From assembly GCA_965228895.1 (NCBI GenBank), contig OZ245842.1, positions 288,001 through 352,000 on the forward strand: DNA of 64,000 nucleotides, written 5' to 3'. This document shows, one piece after another, positions 55,060 through 64,000 of the stretch (position 1 is its first letter; every line of letters starts with the position of its first letter). A program made the translations under genes and the position numbers. This stretch comes from Alphaproteobacteria bacterium. GTDB taxonomy: Bacteria; Pseudomonadota; Alphaproteobacteria; SP197. The notes under the pieces were generated by a model. That model was not told where the DNA came from and searched no databases. It saw nothing but the letters and a program-made list of their open reading frames with translations.

Positions 55060-55306
55060 CCAATGACGTGTTCACCGTCTCCAGAAGAAACTGTTGTCGC
55101 CCATATGACGGGTCCTGTACCGGAACGCCGTGACGACATGCGGGCTTTATGGGAATGGTATGACCTGGAAGTGATCGTCGTTCAGGATGCGAAACACATC
55201 ACGTGGAATGCAACCAAAGGGGACACCAATCACGGCGCAGCCTATGCACGCCCGTCCACTCAGGAAGTATCCGGTGGCCGAACTCTGGTACACTCTCTTG
55301 GCGGCC

Positions 55307-56131
55307 TTAGGTCGGACTTCCTGTGATCATATCTGAGGCCGGTATGCGCAGCGACCAATCGTGCCTGCGCTCTGCACGAAAGCGGCGCCTTTTGGCACAT
55401 GCGCCATCGGGCCGGATTTCACAGTCCAGATCGTCTAGGGATGGCTTGGACATGTTGAAATTTACATTGAGCGAGTCGTAACCCAGATCATCTATGTAAG
55501 TCTTGTATCTAAAGCCGGCATAGACAGCGGCGGCGATCAACGCGCCGTTGGATACATAGCGTGGGCCCAGCCTGCCGCCCTCCGGGTAGTTGCAGCTGTA
55601 GTTTTCCGCGATATGCTTTAGCCGGTCGCTGCCGGTGCCAGGTCTTATTGTCTTCGTCGGCTCAACGCGCCCGACAAAAGCGAGTGAGAGCAGGAACTGC
55701 TCAATTCCGTCATTGCCGAGAAATTCCTTGCGGCTTTGAAGCACGCGGCCATAGTGCTCCTGTGCGGTCTCCCAGTTGCCGTCATCTTTGCGTTTGCGCC
55801 GGCCGACACCGATACCGTGTAGGGTCAACCTCCTATCAGTAGCAAGTAGGGCTCGTACTAGAAATCGGGCGACCGCCAGATAGAAGGGCTTCGGTTCGAC
55901 CTGAAAATCGTGTGCCGCGAGATATGCGCCGAAAGCAGCACCGTCTGCCGTCGCCATAACGGGCGAGGGCGCGCGGGCGGCTGCTAGGAGTGAGGCGTAA
56001 GTCTGAAAACCGAGGCCGCGGCCAAGGGCTTCACAGCGATGCGAAGACTTCACGCCGCACAGTGCTTTGCCCAGATCGGTCTTGAGTTCAGCAATGTTCG
56101 ATGACGTTACAGGAAATGTAAGAGTAAACAC
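55307..56131 (-). CDS. Hypothetical protein with an N-terminal 'glyoxalase-superfamily (Glyoxalase_8)-like' helical motif
   Basis: RBS GGAGG, GTG 56131; LKTDLGKALCGVKSSHRCEALGRGLGFQTYASL; later GSDRLKHIAE..YVSNGALIAAA. Confidence 0.65.
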   Translation of the reverse strand: MFTLTFPVTSSNIAELKTDLGKALCGVKSSHRCEALGRGLGFQTYASLLAAARAPSPVMATADGAAFGAYLAAHDFQVEPKPFYLAVARFLVRALLATDRRLTLHGIGVGRRKRKDDGNWETAQEHYGRVLQSRKEFLGNDGIEQFLLSLAFVGRVEPTKTIRPGTGSDRLKHIAENYSCNYPEGGRLGPRYVSNGALIAAAVYAGFRYKTYIDDLGYDSLNVNFNMSKPSLDDLDCEIRPDGACAKRRRFRAERRHDWSLRIPASDMITGSPT

Positions 56132-56275
56132 AGATGCATCCTCCAGTCTTGGGGGCAGTGCCGTTCGCCGATTACGCAGCAGCCCGCTGGTGTGATGCGG
56201 TCTGTTACACGAGATACAATTTGACTGCAGGACGTTTGACTCGGCGACAAGTCGATGGTGTCCAAACCGAGCCCA

Positions 56276-56304
56276 AAAATAGTCGCCACAGCCTTTTTGG
56301 TCAA
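56276..56304 (-). promoter_or_regulatory. Sigma70-like promoter TTGACC-17-TATTTT
   Basis: Canonical spacing; mirrors the promoter at 57350-57378. Confidence 0.55.
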
Positions 56305-56508
56305 GGTCGAACGTTCTAAGCATTTGACCACAATCCGTTTTTGACCTTTCTGCTGAGTGCGTCCGCCCGCCTGCGCTTCGGGCTCCGGCGAGACGAACCG
56401 GGCTCTCGTGAACCGAGCCCGCAAGGTGCGGTCTCGGCCATGCCATCGCTCAAAGTGACGCGACAGGCCAGAGCGGCGCTAAGCCTGTCGCGCCTGCGAG
56501 CTACGATG

Positions 56509-57204
56509 TTAGGCAGCTTTCCAGAACGGCTCAGCGAAAATGTCGATCGGCGTCGCGCTGCATTTTGGGCAGTGCCACATGTTCGTGGCCATCTGCGCAC
56601 CTGTGGAGACAGCATCACAGTGTAAACAGTGCCACTCACTCGACAGCCCTCGCTCACCAAATAGCGGATGAAGTGTCCGCCCTTTTCCATCTGGTTTTGT
56701 CGAGCGCCGCGGCCAGTCAGTCGCGATGCGGGCCCGCAGTTCTTCTGCGCCGATGTTTGCGATCGTCAGAGCTTTCGATACGAACGCCGGGTCCAGGATA
56801 GGGTTGTCCATGGAATCGTCGTACATCTCGATCACCGGCTCTTCGGACGGTGCCTGTTCCACGCAAATGGCCCATCCTTGCCCGTACATAAGCACCTCGA
56901 AATCGATCTCTATTGTGTAATCGTGAGCATCGATACTGCCGTGTTCCTTGGTCGTGAAGCCCAGTCCAATAGGGGGGCGAGAGTGCGTGTCGACATTCCC
57001 TGCATTTGAGGCATTAGCGAGAGCATCCACCTTCGCAGGGTCAGGCCGCCAGCCGGTTTCCCATGCGATGGTCAATGCCTTCCAATGCTGAAATTCGAAG
57101 GCGTTCGCAACCGCATCAAGAGCCTTGTGGTGGGCAATGCGTTGCCGGCGTGCGAGCCGCTTGGCGATGATCTTTAGAGAGTTCAGGTTGTTGTAGTTGG
57201 TCAT
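56509..57204 (-). CDS. Hypothetical protein with the same N-terminal helical motif and a C-terminal zinc ribbon
   Basis: LKIIAKRLARRQRIAHHKALDAVANAFEFQHWKAL; CLHC..CPKC. Confidence 0.75.
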   Translation of the reverse strand: MTNYNNLNSLKIIAKRLARRQRIAHHKALDAVANAFEFQHWKALTIAWETGWRPDPAKVDALANASNAGNVDTHSRPPIGLGFTTKEHGSIDAHDYTIEIDFEVLMYGQGWAICVEQAPSEEPVIEMYDDSMDNPILDPAFVSKALTIANIGAEELRARIATDWPRRSTKPDGKGRTLHPLFGERGLSSEWHCLHCDAVSTGAQMATNMWHCPKCSATPIDIFAEPFWKAA

Positions 57205-57349
57205 GGTCCATTCCTACGATCTCGGACCTGACTAGGTGCCCACTGCCAATCAAGTCCGCCCAAAGGGAACGGTCATGAAAGAGCTTTAGAGAAAGCACTG
57301 CATAGCTTCGCGCAGGTGGGCAAACCGGCCTGTGCTTAAGGCCATGGAA

Positions 57350-57378
57350 AAAATAGGAAAGATCCGTCGCTTAGTCAA
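57350..57378 (-). promoter_or_regulatory. Sigma70-like promoter TTGACT-17-TATTTT
   Basis: Canonical spacing; about 140-nt leader before ATG 57204. Confidence 0.55.
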
Positions 57379-57569
57379 GATACGGGACATTAGCCAACCG
57401 TGTTTACGCACTCAAATGGGCCGCATTTTCCATAATGCAGATTATGGCGCTCGAGAATGTAGGTGCAGAGTTAACAGGTCAGTCCCGAGTAAAATACAGA
57501 TGTCAGTTTTCAACCCTTTTGATGGGGTCTCAGGGATGATGCTAGCGACGGAATTGATGCTGATGAGTG

Positions 57570-58215
57570 GACGAGAAATAGGCCTTCATCGCAAGGCTGT
57601 CGTTCGATGGCGCTGGAAGGTTTCAGTCCCTACTGATGTTGGAGGTTTCGTCGGCGCGGTGCGCTGCCAAGACATCTGGTGAGATTGGATCTCTCATTCG
57701 ATGGATGAGAGAGCGGGGTCGCCTGTGGGATATGTCGCGTATTCACGGAGAGAAGCCGAGGCTCGCTTTTGGCGTCAGCCAAGCAATAGTCTTGTGCAAC
57801 GTGCAGAAGCGACCCTCCGATACCGATCAGATGTCGAGGACTCTCTACCGAATCTAGACGGTTTGGACGATCGCCATCGACTTGCCGGTCATGCTGGCGT
57901 CGACGTTTCGCATTGTCAGAGTCCGCCGACCCTGTGTTTCGAACAGCAAAATCTGGTGCACCTTGACGTGACAGCCAACCCAATGGCCGAGTGGGCGGTA
58001 CATCAAGTGACCAAAGTGTCTCCATGCGATGCTGTACCCGGTCTCCTCGTCTGTGACCGAGATCAGAAATCCAACGGCATCCAGATTGTGCCGATAGAAT
58101 CTCAATCACCGTGAAAAACGAGACCGTGGAACGCGTGATGGTTTCGCTCCGTCAAGAGCGTCTGGTTCACGTCACGTCATCGTCTAAAATGAACCGCACC
58201 TACAGCACGTTTTCA
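57570..58215 (+). pseudogene. Heavily degraded rve-type integrase/transposase remnant
   Basis: Fragments across frames: IGSLIRWMRE..LWDMSRIHGE, LVHLDVTANPMAEWAVHQV..DRDQK, SP*KNETVERVMVSLRQE. Confidence 0.65.
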
Positions 58216-58421
58216 AGGTCACCCCAACCCACCTCTACAGGTCCCGACCACTTCTGTCGCTGTACAGAAACTCTCCAGCCTCCTTAGGGACGTCGACGAG
58301 CTCGCAGGGCTGCATCGCTGCCCTTCCTGGTGTTGGGGCACAGCATCATCAATAAAAGAGGATGGCGGCGTGGTAGTCAGCACCTTCCGAGGGAATTGGC
58401 GTGTTGGAAAGAGGCTATGGT

Positions 58422-59549
58422 CTAGCATTTAGAGGGCTGCTCAGAATCCTCCAAAAAGTCGAGCGCGAGGCATGACTCGGCGCTCCAGCCAACGGAACAT
58501 GTCATGCCTGGATTAAGCGTCAGGCCGCTTGTCGCAGGCACCATGGTCACGAAGTCATCCCTGCCGCAGAGTGACAATACAACGCGAGTGTGCAGGCCAA
58601 CATAGACCAGCTCCAGAACACGCGCGTGGAACACATTTGCCAAGGAATCTGCGGCGGGATTCCACACAACTTGCTCAGGTCGAACCGATAGCGTAGTCCG
58701 GTCTCCTACTGCATCAACCGCCACCGGCGTGGCTCGAATAATGGAGCCGTCGCTTACTTCGACGCCGCAAACACCTCCACCCATGGAGGCCACGTGGCCA
58801 TCAATGGAGTTGTTGTCACCCACAAATCGAGCGACGAACGTGGTGTCCGGTCGATCATAAATGGTCTTGGGCGCGGCAACTTGCTGCACAGCTCCTCCAT
58901 TGAACACGGCGATCCGGTCGGACATGGTCAGTGCTTCGGCCTGATCGTGGGTTACGTAGACCAAGGTTAGGTTGAGGTCATGATGCAGTTGGCGAATTTC
59001 CAACTGCATCTGTTCACGCAACTGCTTGTCGAGTGCGCCGAGCGGTTCGTCCATTAACACCAAGTCCGGTTCAAACACCAAAGCCCGCGCCAGCGCAACC
59101 CGTTGCTGCTGGCCACCTGACAGGGCACTAGGCTTTCGATGTTCATACCCGCTCAATCTAACCATAGCGGTCGCTCGGGCGACCCTGTCGTCGATCTCGG
59201 CTCGCCCCACGCCACGCACGCGCAACGGGAATCCAACATTACCAGCGACTGTCATGTTCGGAAACAACGCGTAGTTCTGGAACACTACACCAATGTTTCG
59301 GTCCTGCGGCAGTAGATGTGTAATAGGCCGTCCGCGCAACAGGATCTCGCCGACGGTCGGTTCCTCAAATCCGGCAAGCATCATCAGCGTTGTCGTTTTC
59401 CCTGAACCGGATGGGCCCAACAACGTCAGGAACTCCCCTTTCCGGACCTCAAGATCGAGGTCCCGAACGGCCATGACTCCACCTCCATAACTTTTGGAGA
59501 TGTTGCGATAACAGACCAGGTTTTCTGATGCGTTTGCCTCAGCGAACAT
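58422..59549 (-). CDS. Polyamine-type ABC transporter ATP-binding protein (PotA-like)
   Basis: GPSGSGKTT, FQNYALFP, LSGGQQQR, LMDEPL, TOBE-like C-terminus. Confidence 0.92.
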   Translation of the reverse strand: MFAEANASENLVCYRNISKSYGGGVMAVRDLDLEVRKGEFLTLLGPSGSGKTTTLMMLAGFEEPTVGEILLRGRPITHLLPQDRNIGVVFQNYALFPNMTVAGNVGFPLRVRGVGRAEIDDRVARATAMVRLSGYEHRKPSALSGGQQQRVALARALVFEPDLVLMDEPLGALDKQLREQMQLEIRQLHHDLNLTLVYVTHDQAEALTMSDRIAVFNGGAVQQVAAPKTIYDRPDTTFVARFVGDNNSIDGHVASMGGGVCGVEVSDGSIIRATPVAVDAVGDRTTLSVRPEQVVWNPAADSLANVFHARVLELVYVGLHTRVVLSLCGRDDFVTMVPATSGLTLNPGMTCSVGWSAESCLALDFLEDSEQPSKC

Positions 59550-59631
59550 TATGCTGATGCTCCAGTTAACAGTCGTGGCAGATGTGGCTTTACTGCGATC
59601 GACGGGCCGGACGCCCAGTGGATCGCCTTGA

Positions 59632-60294
59632 TCACGAGACCGTGCCTCTAGATTTCTTAGTCCGACGCATGCGCCGATCCGTGTCTTGCCAGCCCTTGAG
59701 CATCAAATCGACACGTCTTGCAACTAGCTGCTTGACCCGATTCGTCGTGTTTTGGCGGGTCGCGATGTGCGACATCCATTCGTAGTTGGCCATGCCGAAC
59801 AACGCAATCGCCATGTCGTCCGCCGGTAGTTTACGGCTCAACCGATCACGTTCGATCAAAGTCCGTAGCAATTTCGCAATCTGGTCGCAGTCCGCTTCGT
59901 CCCATTGCCGGAAGACGGTGCTGACTTCTGAGCCGGACGTAAGCCATGCCGAATAGGCGTGACACCAGAACGTCCTGTCCCCGATAGCGCTGGAAGAATC
60001 GATCATAGCGTGAAGCAGGTTGACCACGGCTACGACCGGATCATCGTCCGGATCGTCCAGCAATGGCTGGCGCTCGACTTTGACTCGCTCGGTCTGGTCA
60101 AGGATCAGCTCCAACAGCACGCCGTCCTTGGAGCCGAAGTAGTTGTAAATCGTGCCCGTCGCGATTTCGGCATGCTCGGCAATGGTTGTAATCCTGGTTT
60201 GCTCGTAACCACGCTCGTGAAATAGTTTTGCGGCCGCTTCCAGAATCTGCTGCCGCCGGGATGCCTTTTGCCGCGTTCTCAAACCATTCATCAC
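59632..60294 (-). CDS. TetR family regulator
   Basis: RRQQILEAA..GYEQT..IAEHAEIATGTIYNYFGSK. Confidence 0.9.
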   Translation of the reverse strand: MMNGLRTRQKASRRQQILEAAAKLFHERGYEQTRITTIAEHAEIATGTIYNYFGSKDGVLLELILDQTERVKVERQPLLDDPDDDPVVAVVNLLHAMIDSSSAIGDRTFWCHAYSAWLTSGSEVSTVFRQWDEADCDQIAKLLRTLIERDRLSRKLPADDMAIALFGMANYEWMSHIATRQNTTNRVKQLVARRVDLMLKGWQDTDRRMRRTKKSRGTVS

Positions 60295-60350
60295 AGCAAC
60301 CTCGTCTATGATTGCACAGGTGCTACTATTCCGTTGTCAAGTTAGTTCGC

Positions 60351-61148
60351 TCAACGCCTTAGGGTGCCGTCTCGCCGTCTTAGGAGCCAGGGAGTCAGGA
60401 GCGCTGCTGTTAGCAGGACAAGCAGCGTCGAAACGGCGGCGACCACCGGGTCGGTGTCATCGCGGATCGCCTCCCACATTCTTTTGGGTAACGTCTGAAC
60501 GTTTCGTCCCGTCAGGAAAATGGTCAGGATCAATTCATCCCAAGAGATCAGAAATGCGAGCGCAACACCTGACAACACGCCGGGCCGTATAGTCGGTATC
60601 AGTACGTAACGCAGGAATTGTGAAACAGACGCACCCAGGCTGTGTGCCGCACGTGATAGGTTGGCATCAACCCGGGACAACGACACAAGCACTGCAATAA
60701 CGACAAAAGGCAGTGTGAATGTGGTGTGCGCAATGATTGTGCCGGCGAACGTATCATAAAGGCCAAGTCGGCTCCAGATGCGATACTCACCCAACGCGAG
60801 TACGACGGAGGGAATGACAATCGGAATCAGCGCAAACGTGAGCACAGCTTCCGAGAGCCTCGGATCGAGGCGCCATATACCGATCGCTCCCAGAGTTCCG
60901 AGAACAGTAGCCAGACAAGCTGTTCCCAAGGCCACTAGGATGCTTTGAAAAATTCCTCGCAACCAGCGTTCGCTCGGTGTCATTAGGGTTTCGTAGTGAT
61001 GAAGCGACAAATCGCCGACCGATGGCAGCGAGAGGTAGTCGGTGTTGGTTAGAGACACTGGGAAGGCGACGAACAGGGGCAACACCAGGTAGAGCGCCAA
61101 ACACCACGCGAGACCGCGCACAATACGATATCCGGTCGAAACGCGCAT
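60351..61148 (-). CDS. ABC permease (PotC-like)
   Basis: Transmembrane helices, AAHSLGAS, FLISWDE, TLPKRMW; start at ATG 61148. Confidence 0.88.
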   Translation of the reverse strand: MRVSTGYRIVRGLAWCLALYLVLPLFVAFPVSLTNTDYLSLPSVGDLSLHHYETLMTPSERWLRGIFQSILVALGTACLATVLGTLGAIGIWRLDPRLSEAVLTFALIPIVIPSVVLALGEYRIWSRLGLYDTFAGTIIAHTTFTLPFVVIAVLVSLSRVDANLSRAAHSLGASVSQFLRYVLIPTIRPGVLSGVALAFLISWDELILTIFLTGRNVQTLPKRMWEAIRDDTDPVVAAVSTLLVLLTAALLTPWLLRRRDGTLRR

Positions 61149-61150
61149 TC

Positions 61151-61999
61151 CTACGAATGTCCGATCAGCAAGCGATGTAAGCGGATGAGCCTTGACATGA
61201 CATAGAGCGCCAGCGCGACAGCGGCCAACATCACAGTCGCCAGTGCCGCGGGCATGCCCCACCTTGCAGCTTGCAGGACTTGCAAACTGATGTACTCGGC
61301 AACCATGACGGTCTTCCCGCCGCCCAAGAGCGCCGGTGTGATGAAGAAGCCGAGCGAAACAATAAAGACTATGACCGAGGCGCCCACGACGCCGGGAATT
61401 GACTGTGGCAAATAGACGAACAGAAAGGCTTGCCACGGACGTGCACCAAGGCTCTTTGCGGCCTGCACAAGATGTCGATCGATAGCGCTGAAGTTTCCGA
61501 TCATCAACAGGATTGCAGCCGGCATAAGCAGGTGAACCATGCCGATAAAGACGCCAAACTCGTTGCGCATCATGCGAATGGGGCTGTCGATCAGGCCGAA
61601 TTCCAATAGCCAGAGGTTCACAACACCATTACTTCTCAGCAACATGATCCACGCGAATGCTCGAATCACGGCTGATAGCCAGAAAGACAGCAGAACGCTC
61701 AGCAGGAGCCACTGTAGTACACGTCCGCGCTCGTGAACCATGACGTAGGCCACGACGTATGATGCGATGATGGTCAATGCCGTCGTCACTACGCTGATTC
61801 GGGCCGTAGTTAGGAGCAACTGATGGACTCCGCTGTCGGTCAACAGTCTCGCATAGTTGCCCAGACTGAGATCGGGCTCGGTCACACTGGTGACGGCGAC
61901 GCTAACCAACGGCCAGCCGACAAACACCGCAAGAAACACGACCATGGGCGCGGTGAGCAGCAGATAAGCCCGGCCCTGATCGCTCGGTCTAAACCACAT
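61151..61999 (-). CDS. ABC permease (PotB-like)
   Basis: IRAFAWI..NGVVN, QAAKSLGA, LGFFITPALLGG. Confidence 0.9.
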   Translation of the reverse strand: MWFRPSDQGRAYLLLTAPMVVFLAVFVGWPLVSVAVTSVTEPDLSLGNYARLLTDSGVHQLLLTTARISVVTTALTIIASYVVAYVMVHERGRVLQWLLLSVLLSFWLSAVIRAFAWIMLLRSNGVVNLWLLEFGLIDSPIRMMRNEFGVFIGMVHLLMPAAILLMIGNFSAIDRHLVQAAKSLGARPWQAFLFVYLPQSIPGVVGASVIVFIVSLGFFITPALLGGGKTVMVAEYISLQVLQAARWGMPAALATVMLAAVALALYVMSRLIRLHRLLIGHS

Positions 62000-62032
62000 C
62001 GTTTCGGACTATGTCTTTCTGCAGCGGTTTGA

Positions 62033-63145
62033 CTATGCCACAACTCTTTCAAGAAACAGCCCGACGAGCATTTCTTCGTGCTCGGCGTAGTACGTGTCGT
62101 CCCAAAGAACTTGCCTAGAGAACCACTCGGGATTATGCGGATCGTAACTTTGACCTGCTGGGCTCAGACGATCGAATACCTGAGGGTTGCCTGGGCCGAT
62201 CTTGGCGTCCTCACAAACGGCGATTTGAACGTCGGCTTCCATGGTCCAGTCAATAAATCGCATCGCCATCTCTGTGCCCCACGGAGCGCCCTTTGGCACT
62301 ATCCAGGATGCGGCACCCATCAAACCTTGATTCCAGCTCCAGCTTGTCCGGCCGTCGGTCTCTTCTGCAGCATTGGCCGCGCGTGATGCAAATGTCGCTG
62401 CCATCGCGACTTCGCCATCACGCAACATGGCGTGACCTTCGGCGATACTGTTGAAATAGATTGATTGATCCTTGATCGTCAGGAACTTCGCAATTGCACG
62501 CTCCGTATCCAGCGGATAAAGCTCCTCCGGTGGGACCCCATCGGCGAGCAACGCCGCTTCCCAGGCGTACCCATACTTCCAGATCGCTCGCATACCGGGA
62601 AACTTCTCCACATTGAAGAAGTCGGCCCAAGAATTCGGTGTGGTCTCAACGTAGCGCGAAGCGTCATACGCCATTACAACACTGTACCAGCCCCAACATG
62701 CGCCGTAGTCCAGTGCGCCATCAGGATAGATATTGCTCTTGTCGACGACACTGTAGTCGATCGGCTCCAGCAAGTCGGCGGATGACAACGAGATTGAAGT
62801 GTAGCTGTTCGAGTCAACGACATCCCAGATCACTTGATCTTCCTCGACCATGGCGCGCAATCGGCCTGGCAATGGGCCGGAGTTATCGACCGCCGTGCTA
62901 ACGCCGTTATCGATCCCGAATGGCTCGACCTGGAACTTTTGCTGTGCTTCGGCTGTCGTGCCTCCCCATAACGCAACGACAAAGTCATCGTCGGCGCGGG
63001 TCGGCACGATCGTTGGCCCAACGAGCAGCGGCGCGATACCGGCTGCGCCGGCCAGCCTGAAAAAGTGGCGCCGGTCGATACGACCAGCACGCAGCTCCCT
63101 GCTCAAGAATGCTCTCCACTGGCGCTCGAATGACATAGCCTTCAT
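62033..63145 (-). CDS. Tat-exported ABC substrate-binding protein (PotD/PotF-like)
   Basis: DRRHFF twin-arginine motif, WGG, WDVVD, PNSWADFFNVEKFPGMR, ALLADGV. Confidence 0.88.
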   Translation of the reverse strand: MKAMSFERQWRAFLSRELRAGRIDRRHFFRLAGAAGIAPLLVGPTIVPTRADDDFVVALWGGTTAEAQQKFQVEPFGIDNGVSTAVDNSGPLPGRLRAMVEEDQVIWDVVDSNSYTSISLSSADLLEPIDYSVVDKSNIYPDGALDYGACWGWYSVVMAYDASRYVETTPNSWADFFNVEKFPGMRAIWKYGYAWEAALLADGVPPEELYPLDTERAIAKFLTIKDQSIYFNSIAEGHAMLRDGEVAMAATFASRAANAAEETDGRTSWSWNQGLMGAASWIVPKGAPWGTEMAMRFIDWTMEADVQIAVCEDAKIGPGNPQVFDRLSPAGQSYDPHNPEWFSRQVLWDDTYYAEHEEMLVGLFLERVVA

Positions 63146-63416
63146 GTGAGTTTCCTCCCAATTGCCCCGCGGTCCATTTGGCGACGTTCTCTTGCTTCGC
63201 CCAAACGACCGATGTGATCCGTTTTGTTGTGGCACAACCTCCGACATGCACCATCACAGGCTTTCCATGTCGACAAAATGAACTAGTTACAATAATGAAA
63301 TTGATTTTATTTTCAAGTCAAGAAGTAGCCTTGCAGCTTGACAATCGGAAGTGTGGTGGCCGTGATGATGTGTCATCAAGGCGCAGTTACCTTCGGTGCG
63401 GCGTTCATGAGGTCTC

Positions 63417-64000
63417 ATGCAGAAGTCGAGACGGACTCCAATCCAGCAGCGCGGGCGTCGCACGGTTGATCAGATTCTCGATGCAACCGAATCGCTCATG
63501 GCGACAACTCGGCTTGACGCGATCTCGACAAACTTGATTGCCGAGCACGTTGGTCTTCCGATCGGCACGATCTATCACTACTTTTCGAACAAACATGAAG
63601 TGTTCTACGCCCTCGCTGAGCGTGCCTTTGAGGAGTATGTGCAGCTGCTCGAGGATGCATCCCGCCCAGTCGATCTCAAGCGACCGCTGCCGTCGTACTA
63701 CGGACGCCTAATTGACGAGTTGGCAATCTGGTGGGTGCACAAAAAGGACTTCATGGTGTTGTGGCGGTTGATTGACCAACCTTCGGAGATGCGCGATGCG
63801 TCGCGTGCTCACGCCCGGCAGATTGCTGAGCGTATGGGCCGCTGGATCTCGTTTCACCACCCATCCGTACCTCGTGGCACAGTTTTGACGATGGGGCGTA
63901 TCATACATTTGGCGATTGCATCGGCGCTCGACACATTGTTTTTTGAGCCACCTGCTGCACGCAAAGCAATTCTTCGCGAGCTTAAAGCAATGATCGTCGG
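63417..64000 (+). CDS. TetR family regulator, truncated by the window end
   Basis: Manual translation MQKSRRTPIQQRGRRTVDQILDAT..ISTNLIAEHVGLPIGTIYHYFSNKHE. Confidence 0.85.
   Translation, partial: MQKSRRTPIQQRGRRTVDQILDATESLMATTRLDAISTNLIAEHVGLPIGTIYHYFSNKHEVFYALAERAFEEYVQLLEDASRPVDLKRPLPSYYGRLIDELAIWWVHKKDFMVLWRLIDQPSEMRDASRAHARQIAERMGRWISFHHPSVPRGTVLTMGRIIHLAIASALDTLFFEPPAARKAILRELKAMIV

Larger units (their letters stand above)
33969..58215. mobile_element. tRNA-anchored genomic island with a serine recombinase/terminase module and defence cargo (right boundary unresolved)
   Basis: Recombinase adjacent to the tRNA 3' end, visible drop in GC and change in codon style, defence genes and pseudogenes; no attR repeat found in the window. 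Confidence 0.75.

Noticed and set aside
56132-57345. Assignment of the two leaders to known riboswitch or ribozyme classes (ZTP, hammerhead, pistol)
   Set aside because: Diagnostic conserved nucleotides (for example CUGAUGA/GAAA, or GACUGGCG..CGCCUGGGC) are absent; kept as an unassigned motif
33940-64000. attR direct repeat of the tRNA 3' end
   Set aside because: No copy of CCTGCCGGGCCCACCA was seen by eye in the window, so the island's right end is not called

Overview
GC-rich alphaproteobacterial chromosome segment (probably Rhodospirillales-like; inferred from gene content). Bases 1-29.1 kb are mostly core genome: a methylamine/N-methylglutamate-type cluster (glxC/mgsB-, glxB/mgsA-, gmaS- and mgdA/soxB-like genes plus a GntR/FadR regulator), folB, an SDR, a ThDP decarboxylase, uvrB, an acyl-CoA dehydrogenase and crotonase, aspartate aminotransferase, msrP, two tandem AbcR-like sRNAs downstream of trxB-lsrB, hspQ, an ELM1-family gene, carA-(DUF559)-carB, yqeY, dnaG and rpoD. 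Bases 29.1-33.8 kb hold a small accessory block: a BetI-like TetR, two secreted proteins and an acyl-CoA ligase. A tRNA(CAT), probably Ile2, at 33892-33968 is followed by a visibly lower-GC island. The island carries a large serine recombinase-DUF2924-DUF3489-terminase-DUF5681-ParB/methyltransferase module with no capsid or portal genes, a C4-like antisense RNA in front of a PD-(D/E)XK nuclease plus RNase J-like pair, a frameshifted RES gene, a Gabija-like pair, further nuclease, PIN and nuclease-STAND genes, and a decayed integrase. It also carries two genes that share an N-terminal domain and a conserved pseudoknot-like leader RNA, which is my best candidate for an undescribed system. The window ends with a polyamine-type ABC transporter and TetR regulators. 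All family assignments come from motifs read by eye; no database searches were run.
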